In this document: piece after piece, positions 54,042 through 64,000 of the stretch | Numbering within the stretch: the stretch's first letter is position 1 | Layout of the letters: every line of letters starts with the position of its first letter | Assembly: GCA_049969615.1 (NCBI GenBank) | Contig: JBMFOM010000001.1 | Location: forward strand, 32,083 to 96,082 | Length of the DNA stretch: 64,000 nt | Direction: 5' to 3' | From: a candidate division WOR-3 bacterium | GTDB lineage: Bacteria; Hydrothermota; Hydrothermia; JBDRYB01 | Translations under genes and position numbers: made by a program | Notes under the pieces: generated by a model | Database searches by the model: none | What the model saw: only the letters and a program-made list of their open reading frames with translations | Told to the model about the DNA's origin: nothing

Positions 54042-56330
54042 CTAATACCCTGGCCCGAACTGGATGTGCGGCACCCACCTGCCGCCATCGTTGTCAAAGC
54101 CATAACCGAGGTCTAACCCTATGATGCCGAGGAGGGGAACCTCCACCCTAACTCCAACGCCAGCGCCCTTTTTGAGCTGGCCGAAATCAACCATGTTCAG
54201 CCGCCACCAGCTCTGGCCCGCGTCAAAGAAAGCCAGGACATACATCTGCTCGGATACTCTGAAGCGCTCCTCAAATGTCCCGATGAAAAAGTGCCTGCCG
54301 CCAATGACATTCCCGCCGGCCTCAACCCCGACAGACCTATATGAATAGCCCCTGAGGCCGTATGGGCCTATATCACCAAGGGCATAATACTCATAAAACG
54401 GGACATCCGTCCCCGTGGTTATCCCGAAAAGGCTACCCCATTTCAGGGAAACCACCGACACCAGCTTCTCAGATTTCAGGAAAGCCTTGTAGAACGAGGT
54501 ATTTATGGTGTGCTCCGTGTAGCTAACATCGCCGCCAAGGGGCCCGCCGGTGAGGCCAAATGTGTAGCCGACGCTGTAGCCCCTGAAGGCATTGAATATC
54601 CTGTTCCGGCAGTCATAGGTTATGCCGGTTGACATGGTTGAGGACACTAGCCTGTCCCTACCCTGCCAGAAATCATAGAGGGGGAAACCCTGGTAGGCAG
54701 AGGATATGTTATAGACCTTGATCCATTCCAGCCTGTAGGAAAGGGAGATTCGCCAGAGGTCTGACCAGAGCCACTGGGAATAAGCCGCGTTCGCGCCCAT
54801 GGAGTTCTGGTTATACTGATACGGGTAATACCTGGTCAGGCTGTATATGGTTCCTCCGAGGGAACGGGGTTTGCCAAAGAGCCATGGTTCGGTGAAGCCA
54901 ATTGAATAGTTCTGGCGCCTGGAACCCCAGTCAAGCATTAAGGAGACCTGCTGGCCCCTGCCGAGGAAGTTCGGCTCAGTGATGGAGGCGTTGAAGAACA
55001 AGCCTTCAATTCCGGAGTAGGAGGCGCCAGCGCCTATTTGACCGGTTGGCTTCTCTCTCACCGCGAATACCAGATCCACCCACTCCGAATCAGCGACCGG
55101 CCTGAACTGGAGGTCAACCGACTCAAAATAGTTCAGATAGTACAAGTCACGAATAGATTTAACCGCCTTCTCCCTGTTAAAATATTCTCCGGGCATGAGG
55201 TCAAGCTCCCGCCTCACGACATAATCGTATGTCCTGGTGTTTCCGGCTATTTCTATCTTGCGAACCTTTACCTTCCAGTTTTCCTTGATCAGGAATTTCA
55301 CATCAACAAAACTATCAGCCGAATATTCCTCCGGTATGACCTGCGCGTAAATGTATCCGGAATCGGCGTAGATGCCAGCGATGTTAGCCACTGCCATGTC
55401 CAGCCTTGATTTGTTATAGTCCTTATTGGAATATGGCGTTCTCCACAACAGGTTGTATTTGAGCCTCTCAGCCCACCCCCTGTTCCTCGTGAGGCCCGCG
55501 ACCCTCGCCAACAGGGAGTCCGAGAACACCGTGTTGCCCTCAAAGCTCAGGTTCCCGAACCGGGATCGCGGGCCCTCGTTGACATATACAACGAGTTTCA
55601 TCAGACCCTCCTTCATGTATTCCGTTCTGAACGAATCTACCCTTGCCCTTGGGTAGCCGTGGTCCTTGTAGAACTTCTCCAGGTTCGCCATATCCTCATA
55701 CCACTTGTCCTCGTTGAACTTGCCCTGCCGGAACATCCTCCGCCACCAGTTCTGTTCCTTGTTCTGGAAGTGCCCCGCGAGCTGGTGATCCGAGAATGCC
55801 TTGTTTCCCTCTATCTCTATCTTTCCTATCTTATATTTCTCGCCCTCGTCAACGATTATCCGCACTTTGACCTCGCCATTTTCGTCCGGCTCAAGGACCT
55901 GGAGCTCAACCTTTGCCTTCAGGTAGCCCTTTTCCTGATATATCCTCTCTACGGTTGTCTTTATCGCGAAGAGCCTGTATCTGGTCGCGCCCCTGGTCTT
56001 GTGGACCTTGAGGCTGTCTTCCAACTGCTTGGTCTTCACCTTGCGGACGAACTTGAACTCCCAACCGGATATTCTGGGGGCCTGATCCAGCTCCAGCCTC
56101 AGGTTGATCTGTCCCTGCCCGATAACCGTCCCGTATATCCTGACATCATCATACAGGCCAGTTGAGAACATCCTCTGGACCGCGCTGTCAATGTCGTCGT
56201 AGCGGATCTGGTCTCCAACCTTTATCTTGAGCTGGGTCATGACATCGGTCTCGGAAAGACCGTATTTCAGCACCGGCAGGTCTATCTTGGTGACCGTATA
56301 GACTTGCGCCATTATAGCTAGGACTATCAA
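54042..56330 (-). CDS. bamA: Outer membrane protein assembly factor BamA (Omp85 family; POTRA repeats plus beta-barrel)
   Basis: A 762-aa protein with multiple POTRA-like repeats and a C-terminal barrel of alternating aromatic/glycine residues that ends in an aromatic residue. Confidence 0.8.
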   Translation of the reverse strand: MIVLAIMAQVYTVTKIDLPVLKYGLSETDVMTQLKIKVGDQIRYDDIDSAVQRMFSTGLYDDVRIYGTVIGQGQINLRLELDQAPRISGWEFKFVRKVKTKQLEDSLKVHKTRGATRYRLFAIKTTVERIYQEKGYLKAKVELQVLEPDENGEVKVRIIVDEGEKYKIGKIEIEGNKAFSDHQLAGHFQNKEQNWWRRMFRQGKFNEDKWYEDMANLEKFYKDHGYPRARVDSFRTEYMKEGLMKLVVYVNEGPRSRFGNLSFEGNTVFSDSLLARVAGLTRNRGWAERLKYNLLWRTPYSNKDYNKSRLDMAVANIAGIYADSGYIYAQVIPEEYSADSFVDVKFLIKENWKVKVRKIEIAGNTRTYDYVVRRELDLMPGEYFNREKAVKSIRDLYYLNYFESVDLQFRPVADSEWVDLVFAVREKPTGQIGAGASYSGIEGLFFNASITEPNFLGRGQQVSLMLDWGSRRQNYSIGFTEPWLFGKPRSLGGTIYSLTRYYPYQYNQNSMGANAAYSQWLWSDLWRISLSYRLEWIKVYNISSAYQGFPLYDFWQGRDRLVSSTMSTGITYDCRNRIFNAFRGYSVGYTFGLTGGPLGGDVSYTEHTINTSFYKAFLKSEKLVSVVSLKWGSLFGITTGTDVPFYEYYALGDIGPYGLRGYSYRSVGVEAGGNVIGGRHFFIGTFEERFRVSEQMYVLAFFDAGQSWWRLNMVDFGQLKKGAGVGVRVEVPLLGIIGLDLGYGFDNDGGRWVPHIQFGPGY

Positions 56331-56528
56331 AACAATCCTCCTTTACGAGCCTCGCCCTTTTTTGCGGGAGCGGGGCAAATCTCATTCCTTAACTGCTCCA
56401 GGCACAAATTCTAAAGCTCGCGTGGGTACGGACGCACCATTTGATTCTCCCCGGATGCGCAAATACATGATTCTGCGCAGGAAATAGGCTACAATTGCCT
56501 CCCTCATGATCACCACCCTGCGCGAGAC

Positions 56529-56557
56529 CTTGCATGACTATGCGACTTGCTTTATAA
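56529..56557 (+). promoter_or_regulatory. Promoter TTGCAT-N17-TATAAT for the ferredoxin gene. A second copy of the conserved module lies upstream at 56467-56495 (ATGATTCTGCGCAGGAAATAGGCTACAAT).
   Basis: Both sets of -35/-10 hexamers are visible at 17-nt spacing. Confidence 0.5.
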
Positions 56558-56597
56558 TCTTCTACCTTAACGATGAACTTTAGGAGGAACTGAAAAG

Positions 56598-56816
56598 ATG
56601 CCTAAGATGAAAGTATGGATAGACAGGGATCTTTGCACGGGTGACGCGATATGCGCGGACGAGGTCCCTGATGTCTTTGAGATGGACGACGAAGGGCTGG
56701 CCTTTGTTAAGCCGGGCATGGAAATGCTCACGGACGACAACCTGATCTCCGAGGCAAAACGTATGGCTGACGAGTGCCCGGGTGCCTGCATCTTCGTGGA
56801 AGAAGTTGAGGAATAA
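56598..56816 (+). CDS. Small single-cluster ferredoxin (72 aa)
   Basis: MPKMKVWIDRDLCTGDAICADEVPDVF...ECPGACIF has the Cys pattern of a [3Fe-4S]/[4Fe-4S] single-cluster ferredoxin. An AGGAGG RBS is present. Confidence 0.8.
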   Translation: MPKMKVWIDRDLCTGDAICADEVPDVFEMDDEGLAFVKPGMEMLTDDNLISEAKRMADECPGACIFVEEVEE

Positions 56817-56847
56817 CACCGTCCCCCACACCCACCACCCCCTCCTG

Positions 56848-56882
56848 CCCCAGGGAGCCCCAGCGGCTCCCTGGGGTTTATT
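56848..56882 (+). terminator. Rho-independent terminator: a 12-bp perfect stem (ccccagggagcc / ggctccctgggg), a 5-nt loop, then TTTATT
   Basis: Read directly from the sequence. It lies 32 nt downstream of the ferredoxin stop. Confidence 0.85.
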
Positions 56883-57130
56883 ATCTGGCCCGTCGGGCTA
56901 AAGCCCGACCTGGGAACGAGGGAATTTTAGGGGCCAGTTCAGTATTGTTTTCCCAGCGCAGGCTTTAGCCTGCGGCCGGCCCGTGGCGCAGGGTTTGGCC
57001 TTGCCAAAGTCAACAAAAATGCGGCCAAGCAGACAGGACAATAAAAACAATGATTGCACCCCATAGCAGAACCCTGTTCCCTTGGGCAAATGGGTTGAGA
57101 AAGCGTGAGAGCTCAGAGAGGCTCAGGTAT

Positions 57131-57159
57131 TTGATCCTCAGCGGGCCGTGGGCTATAAT
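57131..57159 (+). promoter_or_regulatory. Conserved promoter module TTGATCCTCAGCGGGCCGTGGGCTATAAT, with the ATG 6 nt downstream
   Basis: The -10 hexamer is followed by ttcggg and then ATG at 57166. Confidence 0.55.
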
Positions 57160-57165
57160 TTCGGG

Positions 57166-58068
57166 ATGTTATGGCTTTTGTTTTGCCTCTGTCCCCAGGA
57201 AAAGGATTCCCTTACCCTGCGCCTTGATTCCCTCTTCGCCAGGGCATCCCGATGGGAGGTTGGCACAGACGCGGACACCGCGCGCGCGGCCAGAGACACC
57301 CTGATCAAGATGAGGGATGTGACCCTTGATTATATCTTCCAATACAAGATGAACACCGGAGAGAGCCTGGAACTCCGGGCCATGGAAGTCATATTCAAGG
57401 GCCTCGCGATTGAGGCACGCCCAAGGCTCCTTTCTGTTCTCACGCACGAAAACGACACCGTTCGTTCAAACGCCATATATCTCGTCGGACAGATAAAGGA
57501 CACAATGCTAGCGGATACCATAGCCTCGTTGCTCAAGACCGAAAAGAAGCCCGGGGTCAAAAGGAGGGCAATCTACACCCTGGGCGAGCTTGGCCTCGCA
57601 AGGAGCGCGGATGCCATAAAGCCCTATCTGTCCGATACCTCTGAACGCATGCGCCTAGCCGCGGTCATTGCCCTTGGAAAGATAAAGTCTGATCCGGCAA
57701 TCCTCTGTGGGATGCTCACGGACAAAAGCCTCCTGGTCCGAGAGGCCGCGGAGACAGGGCTTGAGGCTTCCGGTAGCACAGGCCTGCTTCTTGAACGGCT
57801 CGGAAAATCCTCCGGCCGAGAGAGGGCGAACTACCTGAAGGCCATGGGCCTGGTCTTCAGGAAATCAAGGCCAGATGAGAACGAATCCGCCCGGGCGCGC
57901 AGAGCCATCTTTCCCCTGCTTGACAGCCCACTGCCAACCGAGAGGGCATGGGCCGCTTGGGCACTTGCGCCAATTGCTGATGAAGGAACCAGAACGAAGT
58001 TCGCTCTCATGAACCAGACCGAAGCAGATCCTTTCGTATTGTGGTGTCTGGAGGAGGCACTAAAATGA
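57166..58068 (+). CDS. HEAT-repeat (PBS-lyase-like) lipoprotein
   Basis: The real start MLWLLFCLCPQ (LFCLC is lipobox-like) follows the MGYN artefact. Repeated xAAxALGxIG helices are present, for example RRAIYTLGELG and RLAAVIALGKIK. Confidence 0.65.
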   Translation: MLWLLFCLCPQEKDSLTLRLDSLFARASRWEVGTDADTARAARDTLIKMRDVTLDYIFQYKMNTGESLELRAMEVIFKGLAIEARPRLLSVLTHENDTVRSNAIYLVGQIKDTMLADTIASLLKTEKKPGVKRRAIYTLGELGLARSADAIKPYLSDTSERMRLAAVIALGKIKSDPAILCGMLTDKSLLVREAAETGLEASGSTGLLLERLGKSSGRERANYLKAMGLVFRKSRPDENESARARRAIFPLLDSPLPTERAWAAWALAPIADEGTRTKFALMNQTEADPFVLWCLEEALK

Positions 58069-58069
58069 A

Positions 58070-58981
58070 GTGACCAAGGAGCTCTTTGACGAGATAGCAA
58101 GGCTCCGGACCGAGATGGATAATCCGGCATCGCGCGACCTTGACACAAGGCCTCTAGAGGATGTCCTCAGGATAATAAACGCCGAGGACACGAGGGTTGC
58201 CGAGGTCGTCAGTCGCGCAATCCCCGATATAGCGCGGGTCATCCGGATGTGCGTGGAAAGCATCCGGGCCGGGGGTAGGGTTATTTATATTGGCGCGGGG
58301 ACATCGGGCAGGCTTGGAATTCTTGACGCCGCGGAGACATGGCCCACTTTTTCTGTCCCGGTCGGCACCTTCATCGGCCTAATTGCCGGAGGCCCGGACG
58401 CGGTCTTCAGGGCAAAGGAATTCTCGGAGGATAATCCACAGGAGGCGATAACCCAACTTGATGGGATCGGCCTGTCAGCCGGGGATATAGTTATAGGCCT
58501 CTCCGCATCCGGCAGAACCCCCTATGTTTTTTCAGGCCTTGAGCACGCAAGGGCCACTGGGTGTTCAACCGCGCTCATCACCTCAAACCCTTCCGGATCA
58601 TGGCCCGGCTTCATTGATGCAATCATCTGTCTTGATGTCGGGCCTGAGGTCATAGCCGGTTCAACCAGGATGAAGTCCGCGCTCGCGGAGATGATGGCCC
58701 TCCACATGATCTCAACCGGCGCTATGGTCATGACAGGCCGGGTCTATGGTAACCTGATGGTTGATGTTCACGCTACCACAGCAAAGACAACAGAAAGGGC
58801 AAAGAGAATAATAATGTTGCTGACCGGCTCGGATTACGAGGAAGCCACGAGGCTCCTGCTGGAGGCTGGCGGCTCAGCCAAGGCGGCTGTTTTGATGAAG
58901 AGAATGGGAATGAGCCTTGAAGAGGCCAAAAAGGCCCTGGAGGATGCGGGAGGGTTTCTGAGGGTTGCCCTCGGCGAGTGA
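58070..58981 (+). CDS. murQ: N-acetylmuramic acid 6-phosphate etherase (SIS domain)
   Basis: RVIYIGAGTSGRLGILDAAE is the MurQ signature. It starts 2 nt after the upstream stop. Confidence 0.85.
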   Translation: MTKELFDEIARLRTEMDNPASRDLDTRPLEDVLRIINAEDTRVAEVVSRAIPDIARVIRMCVESIRAGGRVIYIGAGTSGRLGILDAAETWPTFSVPVGTFIGLIAGGPDAVFRAKEFSEDNPQEAITQLDGIGLSAGDIVIGLSASGRTPYVFSGLEHARATGCSTALITSNPSGSWPGFIDAIICLDVGPEVIAGSTRMKSALAEMMALHMISTGAMVMTGRVYGNLMVDVHATTAKTTERAKRIIMLLTGSDYEEATRLLLEAGGSAKAAVLMKRMGMSLEEAKKALEDAGGFLRVALGE

Positions 58982-59038
58982 GATCGCGTGTTGCATAAAA
59001 AAGGCCCCGCGGGCCCCTATATTTTTTCGCCTATCGCG

Positions 59039-59587
59039 CTATTTCTTGGCGCAACTGCAACAAAAACCGCCCTTAGCGGGCTGATACTCTGCTCTAGCGG
59101 TAAGGCCCTTGACCTGGAACTCATACATGGGCATTTCCCATGTGAGGGTATTGCCGCTCTTCTTTGTGGCGTTATGGGTGAGTATCTTGCCGGGCAGGGT
59201 AACTGTCAGCTTGAAGGTGTAGCCCTCAAAAGCGCCCTTGGTGGTTTCGCCTTCCTGGCCCGAACCCTCGCTCGTCATCTCAAAGACCCACTTGTCGCCC
59301 TCCTTGGTGACCAGGGGCTTCTGGCCCTCATTGGCCTTGGTGAAGTCATGGCCCTTCTTCTCTATGGTGAAATAGACGGTATCGCCCTTCTGTGTGCGCT
59401 TAGCTTCTGTCCCTATCTCCTTGGCGAGGGAGTCGGCCATGCCTCCGAAGAATGGCTCGTTCTCCTTCAGGCCATACAGGACCATGGTCTGGGTGCCTTT
59501 GCCGTCAGGGCCTATCTCAGATTTGATCTCTATGCTGAAGCAACCGATGGCTACAGCAACTACTGCAAGTATAGCTATTCTTTTCAA
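59039..59587 (-). CDS. Hypothetical lipoprotein with a C-terminal CCSC motif
   Basis: The probable start is TTG (LKRIAILAVVAVAIGCF), 5 nt after GAGGAGG. The lipobox is AIGC. The longer ORF-track form reads through the RBS. Confidence 0.55.
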   Translation of the reverse strand: MKRIAILAVVAVAIGCFSIEIKSEIGPDGKGTQTMVLYGLKENEPFFGGMADSLAKEIGTEAKRTQKGDTVYFTIEKKGHDFTKANEGQKPLVTKEGDKWVFEMTSEGSGQEGETTKGAFEGYTFKLTVTLPGKILTHNATKKSGNTLTWEMPMYEFQVKGLTARAEYQPAKGGFCCSCAKK

Positions 59588-59640
59588 AATAACCTCCTCT
59601 ATGTTACAAGTAAAATTATAACATAGTTTTCCGCGCGGGA

Positions 59641-62018
<2,378 letters not shown>

Positions 62019-62068
62019 TGGCCCAAAGTATATTGGAGAAGTTTTGGCTGGTTCAAGCTCAAGACCCC

Positions 62069-62250
62069 TGATAAAGTAGCAATAACCTACTGGTTTGGGG
62101 GAGGAACACTTTGCCAAAGAGAACAGGGTTCTAAGGGGGGCCACCTGAAAAATCCCGTCCCGAAGGTATTTCCTCATGGTTCCATTCTAGCTATGGTGAG
62201 GCTCCCGGATGGGGACAAAGGACAAACCGGGATTTTTCAAGGGTTTCATA
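62069..62250 (+). repeat. Intergenic repeat family, copy E (full length)
   Basis: The sequence tgataaagtagcaataacctactggtttggggga...ctttgccaaagagaacagggttctaagggggg...cctgaaaaatcccg...ggttccattctagctatggtgaggct...ggacaaaccgggatttttcaagggtttcata aligns with copy C along its whole length. Confidence 0.85.
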
Positions 62251-62349
62251 TGGGGGTTTTCCCGGGCAAGGACCCTGTTCAAGATGGAATAAATCCATCC
62301 CGGAGCTCCATAATTCCTATTAGAGAACGTCCGTGTCAGAAAGTTCAAA

Positions 62350-62808
62350 ATGAGAACAGAAATGAAAGGTATCCTTGAAGTTATACGCGTGGAGGCAAAA
62401 ACCATTCTGGCCACGGTGGCGGGTGTCTTCGGAATCCTCTCGTGGATCGTGGTCCTTTTTCAGTATCACCAGATCAACATGCGTCTGACCAGAATGGAAG
62501 CGCGCGTTGACAGCCTCAACATTCAACTGGGTAGCCTCGCAGACCGGCCTGCCCAAACCACGATTTGGGGCCTCACTGAAGGATTTGAAGAAACCGGAGC
62601 GCCGGATAAAAGCCCTGTCTCGGAGGGGAATATTGTGGCCAGCACTGCTGAGCCGGGTTCCTATTGCGCTTCAAGGAATTCCAATGTATTTCACTATCCC
62701 TCTTGTGAGATGGTTCAGAAGATAGACCCAAGGAACCTTATCTGGTTCAAGACAAGAGATGAGGCAATAAGAACCGGAAAGAGACCGTGCAGGGTTTGCA
62801 GGCCCTGA
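62350..62808 (+). CDS. Hypothetical membrane-anchored protein with a C-terminal Cys4 zinc-ribbon-like motif
   Basis: A TM helix (ILATVAGVFGILSWIVVLF) is present. The C-terminus is YCASRNSNVFHYPSCEMV...GKRPCRVCRP. Confidence 0.5.
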   Translation: MRTEMKGILEVIRVEAKTILATVAGVFGILSWIVVLFQYHQINMRLTRMEARVDSLNIQLGSLADRPAQTTIWGLTEGFEETGAPDKSPVSEGNIVASTAEPGSYCASRNSNVFHYPSCEMVQKIDPRNLIWFKTRDEAIRTGKRPCRVCRP

Positions 62809-62904
62809 ACCCCTACCCTTGTGCTGTTGGAGACAATTCTGCGGACTCAGATCAGAGGCACGACTGCTTGAATTACTCCGGACCTTGTGCCATAATTTGA
62901 GGCT

Positions 62905-63621
62905 ATGAAAAGGTTCGCCTTTGCAATAGTGTTAACGTTTCTTCTCGTCTCGTGCGAGAAGGCTATAGAGAAGATACCGAGGACCACGGTTGTTGTCTCG
63001 GTTGGCTCAGCTGGACCCGCGCTGAACGCCTTGCTCCAACTCCTGCCTAGTGGCTTCCAGTTCAATCCACCCGCCGATTGGGATACCCTAAGCCTTGAAA
63101 CAGCAATGGCTGGTGTCCTCGTTGACGGTGTCCCGTGCGACTCCGCGACCGTGAATGTCTCTGGAACCATCCTGCCCTATGATTCAACCACAGGCCTCTA
63201 TGTGCCCATAGATACCTCAGGGTTCCCCATATTCCTGCAGTTGGGACCGGGCGACCCTGTGACCATCTATTCTCCGTATGACACCATCAACGGTGTCATC
63301 CCCCAGTGTCCGGAAATAGTCAATCTCGTTGTTCCGGACTCCCATCAGGTCAATACCGCCCTGGCAGTGAGCTGGTCATACAGTGCTGGGAACCCGGATT
63401 CCGTGATGATCAGCTTCAAAATACACGGAAGAAATACCTACACCAAGATCATTGGGGGACAGAATACCTCCTATGTGATACCATCAGACAAGATAGACAC
63501 AACTGGCCTGGCATCAGTATCAGTTTCTTCGCTGGTTCTGGAGACCGCTCTGGATGGCGCCACACCCGGCAGTTTCATCCTCTACAACAAGTCCGACTTC
63601 GCGCCGGTGCTGATATATTAG
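62905..63621 (+). CDS. Hypothetical lipoprotein
   Basis: MKRFAFAIVLTFLLVSCEK has the lipobox LVSC. The -10 CATAAT lies 8 nt upstream. Confidence 0.55.
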   Translation: MKRFAFAIVLTFLLVSCEKAIEKIPRTTVVVSVGSAGPALNALLQLLPSGFQFNPPADWDTLSLETAMAGVLVDGVPCDSATVNVSGTILPYDSTTGLYVPIDTSGFPIFLQLGPGDPVTIYSPYDTINGVIPQCPEIVNLVVPDSHQVNTALAVSWSYSAGNPDSVMISFKIHGRNTYTKIIGGQNTSYVIPSDKIDTTGLASVSVSSLVLETALDGATPGSFILYNKSDFAPVLIY

Positions 63622-63672
63622 CTGCCAGCTGTTGATTCTGATTTGGGCTGAGAAGAAATACCTGATAACCAA

Positions 63673-64000
63673 ATGAGAGAAGACGAAGGCCCTGTAATAG
63701 GCCTTGAGATACATATCCAGCTCGCCACCAGGAGCAAGCTTTTTTGTTCCTGCCCGATTGATCCCGGAGCTGAACCGAATACGCTTACCTGTCCGGTATG
63801 CCTCGGCCATCCAGGCTCTCTACCAGTAATGAACCGAGAGGCCCTGAAGGCCGGGGTCATGCTTGGACTTGCCCTCCGCGCGAACATAAGGCCGAAAACA
63901 ACCTTTTATCGGAAAAACTACTTTTATCCTGACTTGGCCAAGGGATACCAGATAACCCAGCACACCTCGCAAATAGCCTATGGCGGCCGGCTTGAGTTCT
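63673..64000 (+). CDS. gatB: Asp/Glu-tRNA amidotransferase subunit B (5' partial; runs off the window)
   Basis: [21 protein letters not shown]...[20 protein letters not shown]...[16 protein letters not shown] is the canonical GatB N-terminus. Confidence 0.85.
   Translation, partial: MREDEGPVIGLEIHIQLATRSKLFCSCPIDPGAEPNTLTCPVCLGHPGSLPVMNREALKAGVMLGLALRANIRPKTTFYRKNYFYPDLAKGYQITQHTSQIAYGGRLEF

Overview
The window is a GC-rich bacterial chromosomal segment, roughly 55-60% GC by eye (not computed). Three secreted proteins carry a C-terminal domain that looks like a type IX secretion (T9SS) sorting domain. That points to an FCB-superphylum-like, possibly uncultivated lineage, which is inference only.

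Layout, left to right:
- 1-9480: a complete type I-B CRISPR-Cas locus. It has a 22-repeat array (30-bp repeat, 35-38 bp spacers), then a leader, then cas2-cas1-cas4-cas3(HD-helicase)-cas5-cas7-cas8b-cas6. Everything is on the minus strand.
- 9.5-27.7 kb: an M14 carboxypeptidase with a T9SS C-terminal domain, panC, a tandem-HTH regulator, and an FG-GAP/ASPIC protein followed by two GT4 glycosyltransferases. A large glycine-rich repeat protein plus a small T9SS-tailed protein follow, then a hypothetical pair, a standalone dnaN with an acidic tail, a DUF523 gene, a divergent DegT-like gene, and mrp/apbC.
- 27.7-45.1 kb: one long minus-strand division/cell-wall (dcw) cluster: mraZ-rsmH-ftsL-ftsI-murE-murF-mraY-murD-ftsW-murG-[NTase/HEPN-like gene]-murC-murB-ftsA-ftsZ-[B12-binding radical SAM]. 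It lacks ftsQ and ddl.
- 45-52 kb: gltX, a Nudix hydrolase, and a minus-strand operon encoding a BNR-repeat T9SS cargo protein, a Wza-like export protein, a PqqD-like peptide chaperone, an HprK-related kinase and an uncharacterised nucleotidyltransferase. This last trio is a candidate peptide- or glycan-modification cassette with no known function.
- 52-64 kb: fabD, deoC, bamA, a ferredoxin, a HEAT-repeat lipoprotein, murQ, a lipoprotein, ligA, a STAS anti-sigma antagonist, two hypothetical proteins and the start of gatB.

Two genome-wide signals stand out:
- A ~180-bp intergenic repeat family occurs five times, all in the same orientation. It carries an internal inverted 16-mer.
- A conserved promoter module (TTGATCCTGCGC ... 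GGGTTATAAT) recurs about ten times. It is often followed 6-7 nt later by the start codon, which suggests widespread leaderless mRNAs. The ORF-track proteins that begin MGYN are artefacts: the caller started at the ATG inside this -10 box.

No rRNA, tRNA, transposase or integrase was recognised.
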